Origin: Tubiluchus corallicola
Lineage: Eukaryota > Animalia > Priapulida
Direction: 5' to 3'
Assembly: GCA_030141605.1 (NCBI GenBank)
Contig: JAQGDQ010002370.1
Coordinates: 585,167-649,166, forward strand
DNA: 64,000 bases
Shown here: one piece after another, positions 59,359-64,000 of the stretch
Layout of the letters: every line of letters starts with the position of its first letter
How positions within the stretch are numbered: position 1 is the first letter of the stretch
Notes under the pieces: model-generated
Told to the model about the DNA's origin: nothing
Seen by the model: the letters and a program-made list of their open reading frames with translations, nothing else
Databases searched by the model: none
Translations under genes and position numbers: made by a program

Positions 59359-59877
59359 TCTCCTGATTTGTTGTTTACTAATCAAAATACCTTATTCCAA
59401 AAGAATACTCAAGCACCTAACCCGTCCGGTTTTGATGGGTGGACTTTGTTAAAGGATGAGCCAGTTTACAACCTCTTTTGTTTTGAGGCAGTCTCACGAA
59501 TATTTCTCATTACCTGAAGAATTTAATTAAGGCACTTCGCTTTCAGGTGCTGCGAAATATCTGTGCTCACCAGGTCTAAGCCCAGATTAGTTTTATAACG
59601 TTTGGGATTGCGCTGAGGGAAGAGACAATAGCTCCAGATGGACGCTGCATTAAAAGTCTGGTTTGACAAAACAAAGCTGCCGACGTTAACAGCACAATTC
59701 CTTTTTAGAAAGCCGCAGAGGTGGTCTTCTTTATGATACGCATTGTGTTCAGTGATTTCTTGTTTCCATTTTATAGCCGTTTAATCCATTTGTTTGTCGG
59801 CTCTCTTCATCACTCTTGATATATAGTTATCAACGCTTTCAAAAAATTTTGGTTTATATTAGATCACAGCCCCATAT

Positions 59878-60867
59878 GGTGTGCGGTAAAAATGGCACAG
59901 GAAAAAACTGGTACAGGAAAAATGGCACACGAAAAAATGGTACAAATGGAAAAGTAGGAAAAATGGCACATATATTATTTTGATGCAGTTAATTTTTATA
60001 ATAAAACTAGAATGGGCTCAATATGAAGCAGATTTCAGTTAAAGCCAAACAATCCTAAACTTGTTCGTTCGTCTGATTCTTTATTTGAAAAACTTAACAG
60101 AAAGATAAACAACAAACGTACAAAAATGTGCCTGTATTGGTATAATAATAAAGAGTATAGAATAGCGAAATATTTGTTCATTGAATAGATTTATAATCAA
60201 TAATGCACGAATGTTCCACATAGTGCTTATCTACCTTTAATCTGACGATTTTAATAAATTGAAGAATATATACCTACAAGTCTCCTTATTAGGATATACA
60301 AATTAATAAAAAAAGTTAGGTGGAGGTAACAAAAAAGAAGTACTAAACACTCCCTCTGAGATCTTCTCGAAGTACTTTACGGATGTTTTTTGTTTGTTCG
60401 TAGTATTCGATTAAGTTTTGCCTGAAAAGTACCGGCTAAAAGACTCTCATTTTGGTACCCTAAGCCCACCTTTCTTAACAAAGTTTCTTGGAAATCTGTT
60501 AGATAGTTTTTGCGTAATAGACTTACTGCCATAACAGACAAAAACAACCAAACAAACTGTGTTCAAGCATAGCTTCAAGCCTGGCAAAGGTAAAACCAGC
60601 TAAAATAATTATCTCCCCACTCTAACTATAACCCTAAACACATATTTTACTAAGTGCGCATTTTTTTGTTTGCCGTTTTTACCTTTGCCATTTTTACCCA
60701 CTTTTCCATCCATTTGTGCCATTTTTTCCTGTGCCATATTTTCCTATGCCATTTCTTCCTGTGCCATTTTTACCTGTGCCATTTTTGTATATTTTTTCAT
60801 TTGTTTCATTTTTGTTATGCCATTTTTACAAGCCATTTTTCCTGTGCCATTTTTATTTGTAATCACC
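59878..60867. mobile_element. Non-autonomous DNA transposon with subterminal tandem repeats (aaaaatggcac / gtgccattttt)
   Basis: Left-end arrays ggtaaaaatggcacagg..., right-end arrays ...cctgtgccattttt in inverted orientation, ggtg...cacc termini. Confidence 0.75.
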
Positions 60868-62578
60868 TCATATATGCCGCTAAAATACCATTTAAATATA
60901 AAAATTAAAACATGGTATTTGCGTAAATACGTATTGTGTTTTCAAGTATCTGCGCGATACGTGTGCCCAATGTTCCTGATTGGTTTGGGATTGGTCTGGG
61001 ATAAATTAGTATAATTACAGATTTATATAAAATAACTGGTCTTTAACAGATGATCTATTTAAAAAATATATAAATTGCTTATATTCCACTTTAGTACCTG
61101 TATTTTGGTAGTTCACGAATTGGTGTTTCTTAGTGTAAGTTTATATTATTTACACAACATTGTAGTGTGCTGAAACAAACTTTAATGGAATAAAGTACTG
61201 TATTAAAATACTAAAAGATAATTAAGAGTAAGTAAAATGGGGTTAATTGAGGCAGCAAGATTACTTGAGGCAAAATTGGGGGCAAGGTTTATAAGCCACT
61301 GCCGACTTTTATTCTTTTATTTTTTTCAAAGCAATTACAATTGCAAATAATTTACATAGCATGTCATTCATTATCCCCACTGTCTCACGTAACCCATGCT
61401 AAAAATGACCCATTTAATATAATGTTAACACTGTGAAGATGATTGAAAGACATCATTATTAAAACAAATCTAATATAATCAATATACAAAACGTGGGCAG
61501 AATTTTATCTTGTCATTTCCGATTAAAAAATTTTGGAACGACCTTCCAGTTTATCCTAAATGATAACATGAATATCTGCAATCATGAAATTTGAATGAAA
61601 TTTATTTGGTTACAACATAAGATGTCACGACAAAATCAATATTAGACCAGTTCTCACGCTCATTACTTGAGGTACCAATGTTCACTGTTGTGTTTAAGGA
61701 TAAGTATTTTCTTCAGCTTTAAAGAACTTGCCTCAAACAGCATTAAAACACGCGTTTCATTCAAAGGAAAATCCCGTCACGCGATATGCTGCTTTCTTAC
61801 TGATTTGGTTCATTCATAAAAACATATAGCCTAACCTTGGATGGACTGACAAATGTTGCAGTGTAATTTACGGCCACAATGGAACTCGCAAAAGGGAAAC
61901 TGGGAAGCTCAGTTTTTCAAGACTTACGGGAAGGCAGATATTAAGCGTTAGAATCAACCTGTCATTATGGCCCACCGTTCAACATAGATTCGAAGGTTTG
62001 TACATTTATGCGAATTTTACGAATAGGGTCTGTCCATGAAGCAGGAATTCCACTAGACTAACGTCCGAGCACTCACATTGGATTCCCCGGCAATGGGATG
62101 CAACTAAAATTCCGTTCATAATTGAGGCAAGTATACAGGCAAGTAAGAAAGCAGGCAACTTCTAAATTAAAATTAACCTTAATTTTATAAAACAAAAAGC
62201 GGTTTCAAATTTTTAAAACATTATCTTAAGGTTATCGTAACGATATGCGCATTTCCGCACAAAAAATCAACACATGATAATAAAAGCGAAGTCGTGTTGC
62301 TTGCAGCAACACACATGCACACACCCTACCGTTACTTCATAAATCAACATTCAAACTGGAAATTACTATAATTAATCGCGTTTGATCCATTCTAAGATGG
62401 CAACAAAGATGCTTAATCAAACGAGTAAAGTTAAGAAAACTTCGACGACCTTCACATCACAGATGAACTATGTAACGTAATTTTTTGTAATTAACCGTGG
62501 TCCGGTTTTCTCGTGACTGACTGTCATATTTGAAAAATAAAGTCTGTTTGTAAAGCCGAGTGAATCCAAGAGAAAACT

Positions 62579-62630
62579 TATATATAAGCAACATTGTACA
62601 AGAACAAGCAGCCATAATTAATCAATCTAT
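62579..62630 (+). promoter_or_regulatory. Putative TATA box core promoter of secreted protein 3
   Basis: TATATATAAG at ~62579-62588, about 90 nt upstream of the ATG at 62673. Confidence 0.5.
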
Positions 62631-62672
62631 AACCAAACTTGGTCTTGTTTTCTTATTGCTCGACAGTACAAG

Positions 62673-64000
62673 ATGAAGGTATTCGTATTTTTCCTCTGCA
62701 TTACAGTAAGTAGACATATAAATTACAATAGTATAGTAACTAGTTATTTTCGTATATTGTAAAAAAGTTCGTAAGTATTAACATTACAGTTGGTTAGAGC
62801 ACAGCGCACATATGGGGTTCGGTATTTCTTGTGTGAAAATGGTTTTATTTTAAATTGACCAATTGAGTAAATGCATTTAATCATTGCTTTTCCAATATAT
62901 ACTACTTTATTGTGCCTAATGCAATTTAAGGTCAGGGAAATAACTGCAAGACAAAAGTTGAGCGACACCAAGCATTGTCAGAAAAAGTGACCTCCAGGAG
63001 TACTTCGCGGGGCTGGGGTTCGCTGCTATTTACGTATTTCAGGAAGAGTGTATGTTTGCATCCAGACATGGCTAAGACACCTCTGTCGGTTCCGTCTCTC
63101 ATGTTAGACGTGATAATGAGCTGGGTTCCAGTCACACCACAACCTCGTTCATTAAATAGGCATCCTGTCACTGAGTGCTGAATTACACAAAAAGTTATTT
63201 TTATGTCTTATACGTTTATTGTTTACACAATAATATGGAAAAAATACAGACTGATTTCATGATTTGTAATAAGTAAATATGCGACAAATTTTTACACAGT
63301 TGTTTTTCTTTTCTCACTGAAATTATAATTCGTTGATGAGAGTCGTTTGTTGCCTGTTTGTTCTTTCTATTTTTCACGTGTTTTACAACACCTAGAAAAA
63401 ACTGTGTGCAATTAATCAAACAATTATGCAAACTGCAAGCTCTGTTAAACTCTGCTGTTTCGGACTTCAGGTCACCTTTGCTTATTCCTATGGCGGGCGA
63501 CGAAATAGCCACGACGACAAAGGCGTTTACGCTTGGAATACGTCGACGTCAAGCAATGGGGTCACTCATTTGAAACAGTTCCAGGTATCACCCAGCCAGA
63601 AGTCCAGTAGTACACCATATAAGACATTTGGAAGCCGTGGGCAGCAGCAAAAATCAAATGCTTTTGATGATAACGGGCTGCCCACTAGAGTCCTGGAGCA
63701 TCCCACTGCGCAGTTCCGGTCAGACATCATCCAAGGACAGCTTGCGGATGACGACGAATCATTTAACCTTTATAAAAGAAAACTGTATTACGATATTCCC
63801 AAGGATGAGAAATTCGGATCAAAAGAAGCAGCCATGGCTTACCTGAATGCTGACAAGGACATTCGACAAGATGTCTACCTACGCAAAGCAAGACTGGACA
63901 AATATCAAGGTCCCTTGTGGCGTCATTACCAGAGAAGCGACCTCTATGAGAACAATCCAGAAAGTCGATATTATGGGAATGCCGAGATTGGTAACCATAT
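62673..64000 (+). CDS. Secreted protein 3 (partial, runs off the window end), two exons
   Basis: Exon 1 62673-62705 MKVFVFFLCIT|gtaagt (phase 0). Exon 2 starts 63471 after cggacttcag and reads VTFA|YSYGGRRNSHDDKGVYAWN...YKRKLYYDIPKDEK...PESRYYGNAEIGNH, open to 64000. It is absent from the ORF track because no stop occurs in the window. Confidence 0.8.

Overview
AT-rich, intron-containing animal genomic DNA from an invertebrate, probably an arthropod (taxon is an inference). I assembled six genes by hand from GT-AG splice sites and reading-frame phase. Two are tandem 9-exon paralogues of the C45 Ntn-hydrolase family, tan / beta-alanyl-amine hydrolase-like (3233-14662 and 33078-38750, + strand); the first carries an in-frame duplicated last exon. 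One is a 7-exon MAGE-domain gene, the NSE3/NSMCE3 subunit of SMC5/6 (46562-39071, - strand), convergent with the second paralogue. The other three form a cluster of two-exon secreted low-complexity proteins with no domain I recognise. Two of these (- strand, ~597 aa and ~557-562 aa) are built from Thr-spacer / Arg-Tyr modules (TTTEKPRYRFYYE), and one of them also has alternating Asp/Arg blocks and two alternative signal-peptide exons. The third is divergently transcribed and truncated at the window end. Repeats include a solo LTR with 5-bp TSD, a five-unit Helitron-like tandem array, a Gmr1-type Gypsy fragment (integrase before RT), a LINE zinc knuckle amplified 11 times into an open 78-bp array, an L2-like tail nested in a hAT-like MITE, Tigger fragments, several MITEs, a long foldback and large microsatellites. 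The best candidate for an undescribed system is the Tyr/Arg/Thr-rich secreted cluster, a possible catechol- or dityrosine-cross-linked biomaterial, lying beside duplicated tan-like hydrolases; that functional link is inference only.
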